Shown: positions 23,870 to 39,574, counted from the first letter of the stretch. The stretch is 64,000 nt of DNA from Bigelowiella natans CCMP2755 (GCA_000320545.1 ADNK01000136.1:124001-188000), one strand, 5' to 3'. The notes: generated from the sequence alone by a model not told the origin. A program made the numbers and translations.

Positions 23870-25458
23870 GACGACGACGACGACGACGTGCAGGACACTC
23901 ATATACATGCATACGTGTACATGTATAGGCATATACATCTCTTTTGCAAGTGTTGGTGATGATTCTTGGTTATTGATATGATAGGTGCTTTCAGACGAGT
24001 TATTCCGTGTGACATCACGACTCCTTACACGGAATAGCGACAGCAGAAGTAGTCTCGATGGAATTAATAATAACAACATCATCGATAATAGCAGAAGGGG
24101 CACAAGAGGAGGGGGGAGGAGGAGGAGGAGGAGGAGGAAAAAAAGGGAAGTAGGAGCAACCGAAAATACAATTTACACTAGTAGTACCTCTACCACTAGT
24201 AGCACCACCAGCAGCACCAACAATATCAAGAGGGAGGGTAGGAGGAAGTCTCTCTTCGGAAGTCGTTACCTGCTCACTAACAAACGTACTACTACCGCAG
24301 CTAGTAGTAGTAGCAGCAGCAGTACAGTGGTGAATAATATGGACAGAGGAGGAGGCTCTAAAAGAGTGAAAATAAGAATAGCAGGTGCAGGAGGAAGCAC
24401 CGCCACCACCACCACCAGCAGCAGCAGCAGCAGCAGCCTGAATAATAACAACAGCGACACTAAGAATCCCAGCATCATCAGCCAACACCATGATACAGCA
24501 TCATCATCGGTATATAATAAGAAGAAGAGAGAATCGCTGGAATTATGAATATATCATTACGTTGTTCGATATTATGATGGGAATAAACATTTATAATAAA
24601 ATTAATAATAACAATAACAATAATAATAATACCAACAATAGATGGATTGGATTATGGGTAGATAGATAGTAGTAGTTGTGCGGTGGTGGTGGTGTGGTGA
24701 ATCTAGGGTAGTAGAGATGATGATGATGATGATGATGATGATAATGGTGATGATGGTGTCACACCTCCTTTTAGTAGTAGAAACATCATCACCACACTAG
24801 TTAACGTTAATTACGATATTCTCATATGATTCATCCCATCTTTTATATCATTTTTCAACAGCAGCAAGTAGTGCAGCAGCATTTGTCTTCCTCCCCCCCC
24901 TCCTCCTCCTCCCCCAACTCGAACCACGGCCCATCAGTGTCATCGTCATTATCATCATCATCATCGCCAAGCCAACCCCTTATTAGTAGTAATGGCCCCC
25001 CAGCCTCCTCCTCTTCATCAATCATGCCTCTTTTCACCGAGAGAAAGCAGCAGCAGCAGCAGAATCCTCACCACCACCGCCAACACAAATCCGTACCTTT
25101 ATTACCATCATCTCAATCACCACACACACGAGAAGGAGGAGGGAACGGAGTAGGCCGAGGGAGAACCCGTGGCAGTGCAATTTCTATCTCTCCTCCCCAC
25201 GGTAAGTAAGTGAGAAAGAATTATGAATATGTGTGTGGGGAGGGAGGGGGGAGGAAAAAACACGCAACACAGCAAGAAAAATAGAAGAATAAGAAGTAGC
25301 GACGTAAAGAAGAAGAAGAAGAAGAAGAAGAAGAAGAAGAAGAAAGGGAGTAGTAGTAGTAGTAGTAGTAGTAGGAGTAGTAGTAGGGTACATTGATGAT
25401 CTAGGATAGTAAGATGGGAGAGGAGGGAACGATGGAGGGAGGAGGTGAAATGACACTG

Positions 25459-25489
<31 letters not shown>

Positions 25490-26758
25490 GATATGATCTT
25501 GATGGCAGAGTTACTGAACCTGAAAGCCGAGATAGAAAGGGAGGCGCGCAGGTAAAACAACATCATTTGATAAGAATAATAATGATTGATACCAATGCTA
25601 CTACGATGACTGGACTGCTGCTACTACTACTCTGAGTAGTAGTAGTAGTAATAGTGGGGAGGGAAGTGATATTAAGAGGTGTTCAGGGTAGAGGCCGGTT
25701 AAGGGGGGGGGGGGGGGGAGGAGGGGGGCAGTAGTAGTAGGATAATCAGCAGCAGCAACAACAACATATCATCATCATCATCATCATCATGATCATCATC
25801 TTATCATTATCACAGGGAAGGCAATAGTAGACGAATCGCTACATTGACCAAGCGATTGGCTCTACTCTCAGAGGAGCTTACGGTAGCAGCACTTTATTTC
25901 TTCACTAATCCACCAACAACAACGGACAGACCCATCATTACCAACGATAGAGGGGGGAGGGGGGATGGGGAGAGAAGTTGTAGAATCATCATCGTCATTA
26001 TTGAGCTATTATTTTAGTATTCATCTTATCTAATATGCGAGAAAAAATACACATGTACTACTACTACTACTACTACTACTTCTTTGATTTGACCTGATTC
26101 TGACTACTACTTCCTCCTCCTCCTTCTCCGCAGGAATCTACGCCAACATCATCAAGGTCAAGCAGGACTACAATAAGAGATGATACAGCTCACCCCCAAC
26201 AACAGAAAGGGCTAACAGTTGTTGGAGGGGTGGAAGAGGAGGAGAGAGGAGAGCAAGCTGCCGTTGTTGATGATGATGATGATCATCACCAAGTTAATAA
26301 TGTAGCACGATCCAGCATCAATCAGATTAATGATGATGAGAGCTCGAGCATCCCTACTACTACTACTACTACTCCAACGCTGCTGCTGCTTTCACAAGCT
26401 GGTAATGACAACCTCGAGGATCAGAAGGCACATTACCGCAACGAGGAAGACAAAAGCACTTTCTTCGGAGAACAAACGACTTCGGAAACTTGGAAGAAGC
26501 AGCAGCAGCAAGGACAGCAACAGCAAGAACAACAGCTTGAGCAGCAGCAGCAGCAGGAGGAGGAGGAGGAGGAGGAGGAGGAGGAGGAGGGGGAGGGGGA
26601 GGAGGAGGAGGAGGTTCATCAACATCATCCTCCTCATAATACTAGTAGCTATCCATTCCTCTGGGAGCAAATGGAAGAGGTTGTCATCATTCAACTGGGT
26701 TTTGCAACGGCATACTACTACCGAAGGAAGGGGAGGAAGGATGATGGCGACGAAGAAG

Positions 26759-26790
<32 letters not shown>

Positions 26791-27035
26791 GATAATGGTG
26801 TTCATCCTTCCTCCTATTCCTCCTGCTTTCCAAAACCACTACTTACAAGTGCTGGTGGTGGTGGTGATTTCACTCACTGGAATCTAGGTCGACGTTACCC
26901 GCACCCTTATCATTATCATCAACATCATCAAACATCATCATTATCATCATATTTATCATTCATCATCACGATCATTCTTAGCAGAATAATGTATGAATGA
27001 CAACGACACGATATATTATTTATTTACATTCACAC

Positions 27036-27071
<36 letters not shown>

Positions 27072-27802
27072 GGGAGAAGTAGAGATAGTGAGGAGCTAAA
27101 GAGAGAGAGACGACTAAGAAAAAGAAGAAATGAAGATGTAGTGCATAGTGGATGATATATCATCTACAGCATTTATTTTCTGACCATCGGGTTAGAATGG
27201 CTCCTTCTTCTTATTCTTCTTCGTTGCAAAAATGATCAATAGCCATATTCATTAATAATCACCTGGCAGTGTTGACTCATCACCTGGTTGTTTTCCTTCT
27301 TCTTTCTTCTTCTTCTTAGGCTTCGGAGTAGGTTACTATGCTCTACTACCACAGCAGCAGCAGCAGCACTTATGCTCCAAGCAGACGGCTGCTCGCTATG
27401 ATAGTGCATCATCATCATCATCATCATCATCAAAGTCCCTATCGTCACTGAGTAGAAGAATAAGAAGAGGAGGACAACGTAGTAGCAGTAGTAGTAGTAG
27501 TAGTAGGGAGGAGGAGGAAAAGGGGGTTGGGGTAAGAGTGAGAGCCTCACAACAGTTTGCAGAAATACGAGTTGGCAAAGATAACGATGCAGTGCCGCAA
27601 ATAGCCCGGAAATTAGAAATGGTGCATATGGAGCACTGGATGGCCCTTGAACGTCTCAAGAGAACCTACCATAGGGTAGTTAGTACTAGTAGTATTAGTA
27701 GTAGTAGTAGTAACAATACACAGTACTATACCTATCTCTTTCATCTAATCCATCCAACTATTCTTCTCTTACTAATTCTTTCTTATTACTACTCTACTAC
27801 TT

Positions 27803-27836
<34 letters not shown>

Positions 27837-27867
27837 GCTGCTGCTACTACCACACTTTGATGACATC

Positions 27868-27899
<32 letters not shown>

Positions 27900-27969
27900 A
27901 TATCATATGATGTAAGGAACGAGCACAGCAACTAGATCAATTGGATAGGCAGAGGAGGATGGCAATGAT

Positions 27970-28009
<40 letters not shown>

Positions 28010-28450
28010 TCTTACGGTGGTATTGGAGCAGCATTAGGAGGTTTCGCAGCAGCTCCTAGTCCTTTGGAGAACCACCACCAGCAGCAGCAGCGAGGAGTAG
28101 TATCATCATCAGCACTTCTGTTGTTGAGCAATGGTGGTGGTGGTACAACATATGGTCCTCCTCCTCCTCCTTCACTCACAAATACTACCTCCATGATATC
28201 CACCACTGCACCATCCTCCTACTCTATTACCAACAGCACGGCAAGTATTAGTGCAGCAGCATCAGCGGCACCAGGCATAGCATCAAGTAGTAGTCCTACT
28301 AGCACTACTATTACTATTTCCCCTTCTAGCTCTACCACTTCTTCCCATCAGTACCTTGCAGCAGCAGCAGGAGGAGGAGGAGGAGGAGGAGGAGGGGGAG
28401 GAGGATCTTCGTTGCCAGATATCATCAGCAGGAGGTACCTTAAGAAATAA
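17189..28450 (+). CDS. Large multi-exon protein: PI-PLC X-like domain, split SH3, long low-complexity regions (could be more than one gene)
   Basis: NWM|ASIPDG...LTLPGTHHS, EQLVGGVRFL, SEIVVL, VVLVDFI; SH3 KAVHDFKGERMGDLSVKKGDILTV...GW...VGFFP; frame-compatible exons to RRYLKK* at 28450. Confidence 0.6.
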
Positions 28451-28753
28451 TAATAATAATAACAATGATAATAATGACAATAATGTTGTAAAAGCTACAA
28501 CAACCAACCTCCTTGATGATGATGATGATGATGATGATATTATGGGTCTCCGAGATTCATTGAAAAGATGGTTGAAAATTGCCAAAAGCAGTACTTTGGT
28601 ACTACTACGTACCGTTGTCACGATTGTTATTCAAACAATATACTTTGTTTGTTGGTTGGTTGGTTGGTTGGTTGGTTGGATATCATCACCATCATCATAA
28701 TCATCATCATCATAATCATCATCATCATCGTCGTCATCATCTTTGGGTTATGG

Positions 28754-28788
<35 letters not shown>

Positions 28789-28944
28789 ACTCACTCACTC
28801 ACTCACAAATCGTCGTCGTTTCATTCTTTATCGTTATCCATTGCAACAAACTATATACGTCAAATATTGATGTTGTTTTCAATATCACCGCCTCTTATTT
28901 ATTGGTTTTCTTCTAATCATCATGGGGGCCTTGGCATGCAGCGA

Positions 28945-28987
<43 letters not shown>

Positions 28988-29225
28988 GCAAAAACTCCAT
29001 CTCCGCGTAGTAGTAGCTCTAAAAGCAGCAAAACTACTTTTTTTTCTTCTATTCGGGCTAAGTTTCGTCGTTCAGCAATGACCCCACGAGGAATGATGAG
29101 AAAAGGGGGAAAGCGAAGAGGGTGGAGCACTCTTAGTAGCAGTAGTAGTGATAGAACAAATAGTAGGCCAGAAACAGGGTGGGGTGCTGGTGAAAAAGAA
29201 GAAAAAGAAGAAAAATCGTCTACTG

Positions 29226-29256
<31 letters not shown>

Positions 29257-29419
29257 AATGATGAGGATTGCAGCAGCAACAGCAGCAGGAACTAGTACTC
29301 GAAATAGAAGAGGGGCAGTTAGTGTAGTGGAGGAGGCAGGTGGTAGTGGTGGTGGTGGTAGAGGTGGTGATGGTGCCAATGCTGATACTGCTGCCGCTAC
29401 TACTGCACCTGCTGCTTGG

Positions 29420-29459
<40 letters not shown>

Positions 29460-31261
29460 CCTCCTCTCCCCTCTCCTCCCCTCCCTCTCTTGGGAATCAT
29501 AGCCGTCATTTTTCTATTATAAGTGGGAAGAAGTAAAGATTACCATCACTAGTTTTTTCCCAATGCTGCTCTCAAATTTAGAGTGCTACATCAACAGCAT
29601 ATCCATCTATAGAATGATGTGTTAAGAAATATACTACCACCACCAGCTAGCTGCTGGGTTTCATGAATCAATTCTACCGCTGCTGTTACTACACTTCTTG
29701 TCGTTCTTCTTCTTTTCTTCTTAATTACACAGCCTGACATATTATAGTTTATGATAAATACAAAGGGAGTGGTGGTTACTGCCTAGGGTCATTTGAGTTG
29801 TTGTTTTTATTATTTGAATTTCTGATTTTTGTTTTGTATCATCATCAGCAGCAGAATACATAATGACATGAGCTACTACCTCTACCAATTGATAATTTCT
29901 TCAGGAATAATTCTGGTTTCATGCATTCCGCTAGCGTCTCGTCACCACGTCGGCGTTCTTTCATAACAGGTCCTGTGAAGTACACCGACATATTCTAGCT
30001 TCTCCGAACTTAGGAAAAATTATTACTCAGAGAGCGAAAATGTATTCAATGCAGCTTGATCGATTTCGAATTGCCCTCTTTCGAAAAATGTCTGCAGTAC
30101 TATTTCATCAATGTTCTGCTGCGAATTTTGAACAGAAAGTAAACATTGCTTGCTGATGTTTGATTTCATACAGGTTTTGGCATGCGAAACCTTTCACGAT
30201 TTGCACAACAGAATCAGCAAAGTAGACAGTAGTTTGTAAAATTTAATAGATAATTTCGTCATAGTTTATTCGTATGGATGGCTAAGCACCAGAGCCTACG
30301 ATACTAATCGAAAAAATGCTAGTAAAGTAGTATTCTAATATTCATTTAGTATTCTATATTCGTTACATCACGACACATAAAAAATGCTCATCGTACGCTA
30401 TTTACATGTGATGATCGACGTAACCATGCATGCTGATGCGATACTGCTACGTTCTGCATAGTGCCGCATGCATGCGACGGCTAGAAGGTGATGACGGCTG
30501 GCAAGAGGCCAAGCTAGCATGTCACATACGACGATGATGATGAGCGCACTCTCTAGCAAGCACTCGTTTGGGTGGTGCATGCATTAGCGTAGTATACACA
30601 CACCTAGCTAGCTAGGATGACTATTAAAAAGATTTATAATAGTCACTTCATCATGCATTGGATCGTATATCCGTCTCACAGCTAGTAAGTAGTAAGTGTT
30701 TACATACATGTAATATCACACACGCAGTCTCCACAAATGGCACCGCCTGCTAGCCTGTCCTAGCTCTATTCCATCCGCCTACACGACGCGCATCATTATA
30801 CGCAACTAGCAACTAGTTTGCGATGCACACATGCATGCTAGCCGCTAGCATGTTCTTGAGTAGTACTAGTATCGTAGCTGCTTGACAGCACGTCTTCATG
30901 TTACTAACGTGCGTGTGCTACGCGTACGTACGCTGTCTACTACGCACATGAGAAAGTATGTCGTAGTAGCTGTGCATTGATGCAGCACTAGAGCAATCGT
31001 GTGATGAGCAGAATCGAAGCACGTACAATGATGGCAACGTAGATTCGCCGCTCGATGGTAAAGTGAGCAGACTCTGCATCATGCTGTTGCTACTGAAACG
31101 TGAAACTGTCATGGCTTTCAAAGTCTAGCTACAATAGGGATTCAGCAACGAGCACCTTTACGTGACCAAATACACGCTCACGCTGGATAATGCTCAATGT
31201 TAAAATTGGATCGCACAGACTTCGCACGAGCCCCTAGCTAGATTATATTTTGCTTCTTCTG

Positions 31262-33312
31262 TCAACGCATCTTTCTTCCATAGATTCTTTCGTAATCGCT
31301 CTTACTTTTCATAACGCCCTTTGGAAGATAACCCTTAAGCTCCTTAGCATATTGATCAAGAAGGCGTAGCCGCTCCTCTTCAACTATTTGCTTCTCAAAT
31401 TCTTTCTGTTTTCTTTCTTTCTCCATCTCAGCCAATTGCGCAGCCAATTGTGCCTCGTACATGGCACGTCTCTCTTGCACCAGTCTATCGACTTCCTTCT
31501 TGTAGTTGGCAATCTCACGGCGACGCCTCTCTTTGCTCATTTGCTCTAGTCTTCTGTCGTTTTCAAACTTAGCAAGCATTTGATTCACGAATTCCTAAAT
31601 GGGAAAGTGAGTGCATTAGTCAGGCTGCTGAAAATTTAGTAGCATGAAATGAGCAATAGGTTTTGTGTTACCATCTCTTCCGCATCTGCTTGTGCCTTCC
31701 TCTCGGCCTTAATTGCTAATTGTTTCTCGTTCGCCTCAAGCATTTCTCTCTTCATGCGCTCCCTCCTTTCCTTTCTCATCATTGCTTCCTCTTCTTGCTT
31801 GTTCTTTAATTCCTCCTCGTACAAGTCGTTCAGGATCTGCTCCATCTCCTCTTGCGCACGGCGTTGATTTTCAATTTCCGCGCCTACAGATGCGAGAGCA
31901 GCCTCCCTTTTCGCATTTTTCTGGATGATGAAAAAAAACAGGTTGAATTAGCATACTCAGAAGATCATTGGATAATGTTCGATAAAGCATTATTGGATAT
32001 GTTGTGTGCGAAGAAGCCACCTCTGCCTTCTGAGCAGCCAGCTGGGCTGCCCTTTGTTGCTGCAGTCTCTGGTATTCCTTGATCTTTCTGAGTTCTTCAG
32101 CAACTCTTTCAGCCTCTTTTCGTCGCCAATCTCGTCTGTCATCCAGATACTGCTTGATTTCTTTCTTGATGTCTTCTCGTCTTTTCACATGTTCCTCAAC
32201 CTTTCTTCTTTCTTCTTGCCTCACGCCCTCAACAATCTGTATTATTTCAACAAGTACTATTACTCAGAGATTCATCTAAGAAAATGCATCATGATGATGC
32301 CCAGAAGAATTCGAATCACCTTATCGATTTCTTCCTTCTCACGAAGGAATTCTTCATATGCCCTTGCTTTTGCGGCCTCACGTTCTGCCATTTGCTGATC
32401 TAAGTATTGTTTTCCTTCCATCAAATCCTCCCTCCTTTTGCGATCTTTATCCGCGAGCCTTTGAATTTCGTTCTGTCTTTCTCTTTCCATGATAGCGTCT
32501 AGTCTCAGTTGCTCGCTCTTTTGTTGTTCTGCTAGCATCGCACGCTCCATCACCTGGTTTCCACGAACCTAGATAATAAATAGTTGTGTCACTGTTTAAT
32601 AATATTACCTTGTTATTTCCAAGCTTCAGCATATTGACTGCATCGAAGAATTACAATATCCACCTTACTGATTTGCGCTTCATGGATCAGTCTCTTCAGT
32701 TGCTTAATTTCTTCATCGCCAGCACAGAGTCTTTGCCTAGTCGACTCCTATCACGTGGGAATACATGCATGAGTTTACGATCAAAATGATAGTATTCAAG
32801 TATCAAATGTTGTTAAACCAGTTTCTTTTGTATTAATACCTCGTATGCTCTACGCTGATTTCTTTCTTTAAGAGCCTCTGCTAGCCTTCGTTCCTGGTCA
32901 ACGAGAATCTCACGTTCTCTTGCTTTTCTCATAGCTTCTTCAAGCTGCCGATCTTGCGCTAACTCAGCGTTTTTGTGCTGGAGTCGTCGCTGTCGTCGCA
33001 TCCTCTCGACACTGATTGATGTAACCACAACAATAAAGATGATGACGGTGTATCTTACATCGGTCTTGCCTTTTTACTTCTAATTGTGGACATTTTTTAA
33101 ACTCACCGATCATCGCTTGTGAGATTCGCGGCAATACGTTTTTGTTCCGCAATAGTATTCCGCATATCATTGATTTGCTGGGACTCGACCCTCTCTTGCT
33201 CCCTTTTCCTCAGATACATCTGCTTTGTCATTGTTTTGCTATACGTTTGACCAACATGGAACGCACCAGCTGATCGAGCTGCTTGATTGACTCTCCGGCG
33301 ACCACTCGACAT
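31262..33312 (-). CDS. MNS1: Meiosis-specific nuclear structural protein 1 (TPH-domain ciliary protein)
   Basis: E/R/Q coiled coil; KFENDRRLEQMSKERRRRE...IVEEERLRLL...LKGYLPKGV is the MNS1 C-terminal signature. Confidence 0.85.
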
Positions 33313-34589
33313 AATGAGTTGTGCTGCTTAAGATGCCGTTTCGTCCAATGTAGTGGGAATTTCAAGGATTCCTTTCTGCTAGTGCTCCGCGGTTTCTGAT
33401 TGACAGAGCAAAAGAAATGCGCATATGTTAACGTTTGTCTTCTTGAAATTTTCGTTAGGGCATGAGTCTCTCTCACAGTTGCGATTCACAATAATGAGTT
33501 CATGTTTTAGGGAGTAGTTGTAGGTAGTAGGTGGCACTCAGCCACATTTCCATTTCATGCTTTCATTTCCATAAGGAAAACAAGGCCATCACTTCAAAAC
33601 TCATAAGCACCGACTGAAGACAGAACAGAGGAGAGTCTAGATTTCATTATACTTACATACGCGGTTGTTTTGTTGGAGTCGGGGGCAGGCTCGTTACCCA
33701 CTAATTCGAAATTCAGACACAACGGTTACAGGTAATTCACATAATGTAAGTAATGGTGGAGATTTTCTTATAGATTACAACATAAGTGTTGTCGTAGATT
33801 TATTTTTAAATTTCAGCTCACAATTGTTTCCGAGAAACTTAACAATTCTAAGCAATAAGAATTTATCGATCTTTCTACTCATTTTGTTCACATACCCCAT
33901 TATCTCAGAAATGTTCTCATTCAGAATTAAAATACAAGGGCATTTACAAGCAACCACGTCTTTTAAGCCGTCTTGTATATATCTATCCGAAGAATTAATA
34001 TGGAATTTGCTCTTATAAATGTGGTCTAAAAGCATGATATTTCACTGGAATTCTATAAATTTCCATTGGATTTCGATGTCTGACTCCCATGCATGGCGTT
34101 TTCACCTGTTACATTGCCATTAATTTTGATTTGATTTTGCGTATGTTCGCAGGGGTTTTCTCTGATACGACATGATGTGAATTGCGTAACGATGTGTCGT
34201 ACCGGTAGCTGCCTGCTAAAACTTGAAATAGGGACGACTGTCTACTCTTTTTGGATTAAGCGAAGGAGGGGGAGCACAGATACAAAGAGAGACAGGAAGC
34301 TGCGCGTGAGGAGCGCGTTAACGACTCTAAACCGTTCTGGAACAAACTAGGGAATTGAAGGTCCCAGCAATTTTGTAGACTTTGAAAACGATAAACATGA
34401 AGAAAGCGTGTGGATGTATCGAGCCTTTGGCTGTGTGTGGATAACTCGTAGACTTTCACTGGATGAAATTACTGCGAATTCGAGTCATGGCATCCATCTT
34501 ATATTATTGAAATTTCTTTCACATATTCTCTCATACATCTGTAATGTACTTACTCCAGAGAAAGAATACTTGAAGAATATACCTCAAAA

Positions 34590-35747
34590 ATGGGAGCATG
34601 CGCCTCAGACAGCCTAGGTATCATTCGTGTGTCACCTTCGCTACGTTTATACGATATTATCAACGAGCATGAATAATGCACTTCCGAGTTTCTAGTATTA
34701 ATTGTTTACTGTTATCCCATTCTGTATGATGGATCGTACTCAGAAGAGGAAGGTGTTTCCTATCAACTGTTGCTGCTTGGAGCAGGCAGCAGTGGGAAAT
34801 CTACAATCTGCAAACAAATCAGATTAATGTACGGTCATGGATTGGATGGAAGACTTTTACATTCATTTACTAGTCTCATTCGAGGCAGGATGATCGAATC
34901 AATGCAAACGCTACTACAGGAAAGCACAAAAAGGAGTGACTCAAAGGACAGCAAATTCGCGGTTCGACCAGAAAATGCAGCTGTGGCAGAGACAGTGTTA
35001 AAATTAGAGGCTGCAGAAGACTCAGTCGGGCTAACCAAAAAAGTTGCTCTTGACATCAAACAGTTGTGGGAGGACCCCGGGATACAAAATACGCATGAAA
35101 GACGAGCCGAATTCAATATCCCAGAAAATACAGCTTATTTCATGTCCAAAATCGAGGAGATTTCGGACCCTGAATACCTCGCCTCGACTGACGACGCCCT
35201 CCGGATCAGCTCAAAAACATCAGGACTTGTCACTACGCACTTTGAATACAACGGCACTGGTTTCACACTTATCGATGTTGGTGGCCAAGAATCCGAGCGA
35301 AGAAAATGGGCTGCTGCATTCAAATCAGCAACATCTGTACTTTTTATTGCAGCAATCAGCTCCTACGACCAGTATTACTTTGATAAGAAAAATAAATTAG
35401 TTGATGCTCTAGAACTCTTTGAGCAGCTGGTAAACCTTCCGGAACTCAGCCATACATCATTTGTATTATTTTTAAACAAAATCGATGTATTCAAGGAGAA
35501 AATAGGAAGAACCCCAATAAATGTATGCCCTGCTTTAAAAGGATATCAGGGAAATGAAAGAGATATAAATGCTGCAACAAGCTACATAGAACAAAAATTC
35601 CTCGAAAAAGGAAAAAAAAAAGAATCGAATAGGGTTTTCTCTCATATTACTTGTGCGATAGATCAAAAAAATGTGAGGAAAATTTTCGAGAGTGTCATTC
35701 AGACCGTTATTGGCAATGCTCTTACTGCTGGTGGTTTAATAGGTTGA
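34590..35747 (+). CDS. Heterotrimeric G-protein alpha subunit (atypical), 2 exons
   Basis: MGACAS lipidation start, intron 34618-34743, LLLLGAGSSGKST, DVGGQ, FLNKID, TCAID. Confidence 0.92.
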
Positions 35748-37080
35748 TAAGAATTGAAATGGGATATGATGGGTGAGAGAAACATGTGCTTTGTGAACCA
35801 GGGTTTCATTTCTATATCTCGAGATGAAAACAATAACATTTTAGATTGTTTTCGTTAGATTTTATCACTCTATGTATCGATTCTCACATGTCCCTGTAAT
35901 GTAAATGCAACCAATAAATCATTTCAACCAAATACTGCGTACGTGTAGACATGAATGCATGCTGCCGTGGGTCATCAATCCATGAGCAAACTACACGCAC
36001 GGCTATTTCCTGATCATGTTGCCTAGCATTTATTTCTATGACTCTTGAGCAGGCTGCTAGATGCAACGTTCATGACTATCTGGATCTGCGCAGCATGTCG
36101 TATGTGTGTTTGCACGCACACACACACACACACACACACAACAACAACAACACACACACCATGCAATAATGATGCGCCCGCTCCTTGCGTCAAGCACCGC
36201 GCGACAAACAATTTACTTCTGTTGTTGTAGTCGTTTTATAGTTTCGACGAGACGGATGCAATGAACTGATCAAATCTTCATTTCCATGGTCTGGCTATGC
36301 ATATATCCCGCCAGCTATATATGCGATGCGAACGGCGCGCATGTAGATGCATGGCATCGATGATGATGCCTGTACGGCACGGCGGTGCATGTGACGGGCG
36401 CATAAAACTGTGCACTGCCTCTAGCTGTAGGTTTTCATATGTGCAGGCTAATGAGAACTAGTCACAAAGCTCCCAATAGCAAATTTGTAGCACGTGTCGT
36501 CAGAACATGAACTTCGCGGCGCTACGACTACGCATGTTTGTGTAGCAGAATAAGAGCGCATACATTTTCTTACATGGTGTGCACATGTACAGGCGATAGA
36601 TGAAGGAATAAGCGCACACAAAGGGACATATCTAGATATTTGTTCCTATATTTTCACTTCTAGACATGCCACCAGCACCGCCACCTTCCATTCTGAACAA
36701 AATTGATGTTTTATAGCCTACAAACTCTCGCACAGGTAATCGGAGAAGTTGATTGTCGCAGTTGCAACCAACGCCGACGGCTACGCTGGCGGTCGTGTCA
36801 GTGTCATATCTCGCGGTACGAATTTCAATCTCCTAGAACACAGGAATTCTCCTAGAACACAGGAATAACCCGCAGTGCTGGCTGACACCTCAACCAGGCT
36901 GTCAGCAGTCCTCTATCAGGTAGAGTAGAAATGTATGATGTGCACTCGAATCGAGTTAATACATAATAAGTTGGTTTGTCGGCTTGTCTGGATACAACTG
37001 AGTCTGTTGTTGTTGTTGTTGTAAATTTCTGCCACTGCTACTACTACTACTACTACTACTACTACTAAAAAGCCTAAGTA

Positions 37081-37640
37081 TTATAAGTCAATAAGTGGTG
37101 GAGGAACTATTGCCATTGGTTTACCATTGGACAGTAAAATCTGATGCAAAATAGAAGTTGCCTGAATGAAAAACAACAACCATAGCATGTAGTATCATCA
37201 AAATAAAAGTCCTTTGCTGGTGACGCTCAAATATACAAATAATTATTATCTATAAATAATTATTATCTAAGCTTTTCAAATTTATTTTTCCTTCTTGTTC
37301 ACCTCATAGGCGGAGTTCCCTCGTGAAAGCAATATTTCCTCAAATTGTTTGATGTATTCGAATTCAGTTGTGTATTGACTCATTCCTAGGGAGGTTGCAT
37401 GTAATGTTTGTAAACCTGCGAAAGAAACATGGTATTAACAACAGCAGCAGCAGCAACAACATCAACAACAACATGGGGGTATCGATGATCTGGCAACAAT
37501 AAGTGTAGCTCTACTACTCTCCCTGTCTCCTTACCAAAACGATTTAGCCATGAAGTTTTCCCTACATTTACTGGGATTAGATTACACTTTGTCCACGAGT
37601 CCTCCCCGATCAATTCTGGCAACAGCATTAGCAATTCACG

Positions 37641-37686
<46 letters not shown>

Positions 37687-39574
37687 CAGGCGGATATACA
37701 ACAACAACAACAACGCCGAATCGGAGGTACTGCTATCTGTTAAAGGCATTTGTTCATCAATAATGGAAAGAAACACACACAAGAATGCACGCACTAGTAT
37801 TACACACACGCAGCAGCACACACATTACTGTGTGTGTGTGTGTGTGTAAGTGCGCGTTTGTCTCATAATCATGCATGATCTCTGTACCAGCAGCGCTTTG
37901 AATTGCATCTGTCAGCCCACCAATGTTATCCACAAGACCTTCAAAAGTACTTATTCTTAGTTTATTAATTTCTTTCTGATGTAGCTACAAATAGAAGCAC
38001 AATGATCACACACAAACACCATTTTCTTTTGCCTCGAAGCCAGTGAAAACCTTTGCAACAATATATATTTTATCACAAATCATAGTATATTTTATCACAA
38101 ATCATAATATTGGTTGTATTCGACTGTGGTTATTAGCTATTATGAGTTAGCAGTGGTGGGATGGTAAGTATACTCTTCCTTCAGCTCGTCTTGCCACTTG
38201 GTCAGATGTGAAGTTCCTACAATCGCCTACTTTCCTATGGGAGGGAAAAGGGGGAAATCATCACAACACAGACCACGCTCTTACAGGAGGACGATCATCA
38301 ACATTATTCTAAGATATCATCTTTTCTTCAATGTGTGGTAGATAGTACCGTACAAATTCGTCATATAAACCTATTTCAAAGAAATAGTAGTAGTAGTAGT
38401 AGCAGCAGTAGTAGTAGTAGTAGGAGTAGCAGTCAAGTCAACGAAATCTTGTCAAGATATTCAAGTACCGAAGAAATATGCCAACATTTATAGCAATAAG
38501 ATTTCTAACAAGTGTGAAATACGCCTCAAAACACACACTCACACACGCACGCATAGTATACTTTGCACTACTCCATCCACTCTTTCATGTTCCTCCATAT
38601 TTAAAGGCCTGAATAATAACACAAACAAACAGCCTTTAAAGCCATGAATGTCATCATGGTACAGACGAATAATGCACCTTTGCTACGTACGTAGCTCTTT
38701 TGGTAGAAACAAAAGGACAGCTGAAGCTGATATTCACAATTACTACTACTACTACTACTACTCATCTTACGATTATTATTACTTACTTACTAACGTAGTA
38801 TTTATTTACACAAATTAAAATTGCGAATATCATTAACATCTCGTGTGAAAAACATTAGGCCAGCTGCTCACAGCTGCACAAATAGTAAAGGTTGTTGTGA
38901 TTTTTATCCGCTTCTGTTATCGCCGAAAAAATAGAAAGTTAAAAATCTGTAAGGATTGGATTTCTTTTTGGAGAGTAGGTTTGGGAGGGCTACTTTGCAT
39001 TGACATATGTTTATATAAAGATATCCTTTATGTGTTGACCATCCTACCTATATATTGCCCTAGACATTGCACTGTAGGGATCTTTGCCAGGATCAGTCTT
39101 TTTATGGATTGTTTATCGACGATGAGGAGGAGGAGGAGGAGGAGGAGGAGGACAAGGAGGAGGAGGAGGACAAGGAGGAGGAGATGCAATACAAAGCATA
39201 CGTGTGACTACAATCATCATAATCATAATCATGTAATAATGACATTCTCCGCGGTGCTACAATTTATCGATACTGCAATATGAATGCATGCCACATTGAT
39301 CTGTTGATCATTATCGTCTCTAGTTTTGTATTCTGTTTTTCTTTCGTTGGTACACCTGTGCCCATATTTGTAGACGCTTGAAGAGCTTTTCAAACGACAG
39401 TCTGGTATTGGATTGTTTAAAAAGAAGAAGAAGAAGAAGAGGAAGAAGAAGAAGGATCAATAATGGACCACCAAAATAAGATGATGGAAGAATATTCGAC
39501 AATTGCGCTTCTTGAATATTATTATTAACACTGTTATTTACTTACAATATTGTTCTACTACGCACACATACACG

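Noticed and set aside
28568-29536. ORFs downstream of the PLC/SH3 gene
   Set aside because: Built from microsatellites; likely 3' UTR or intergenic
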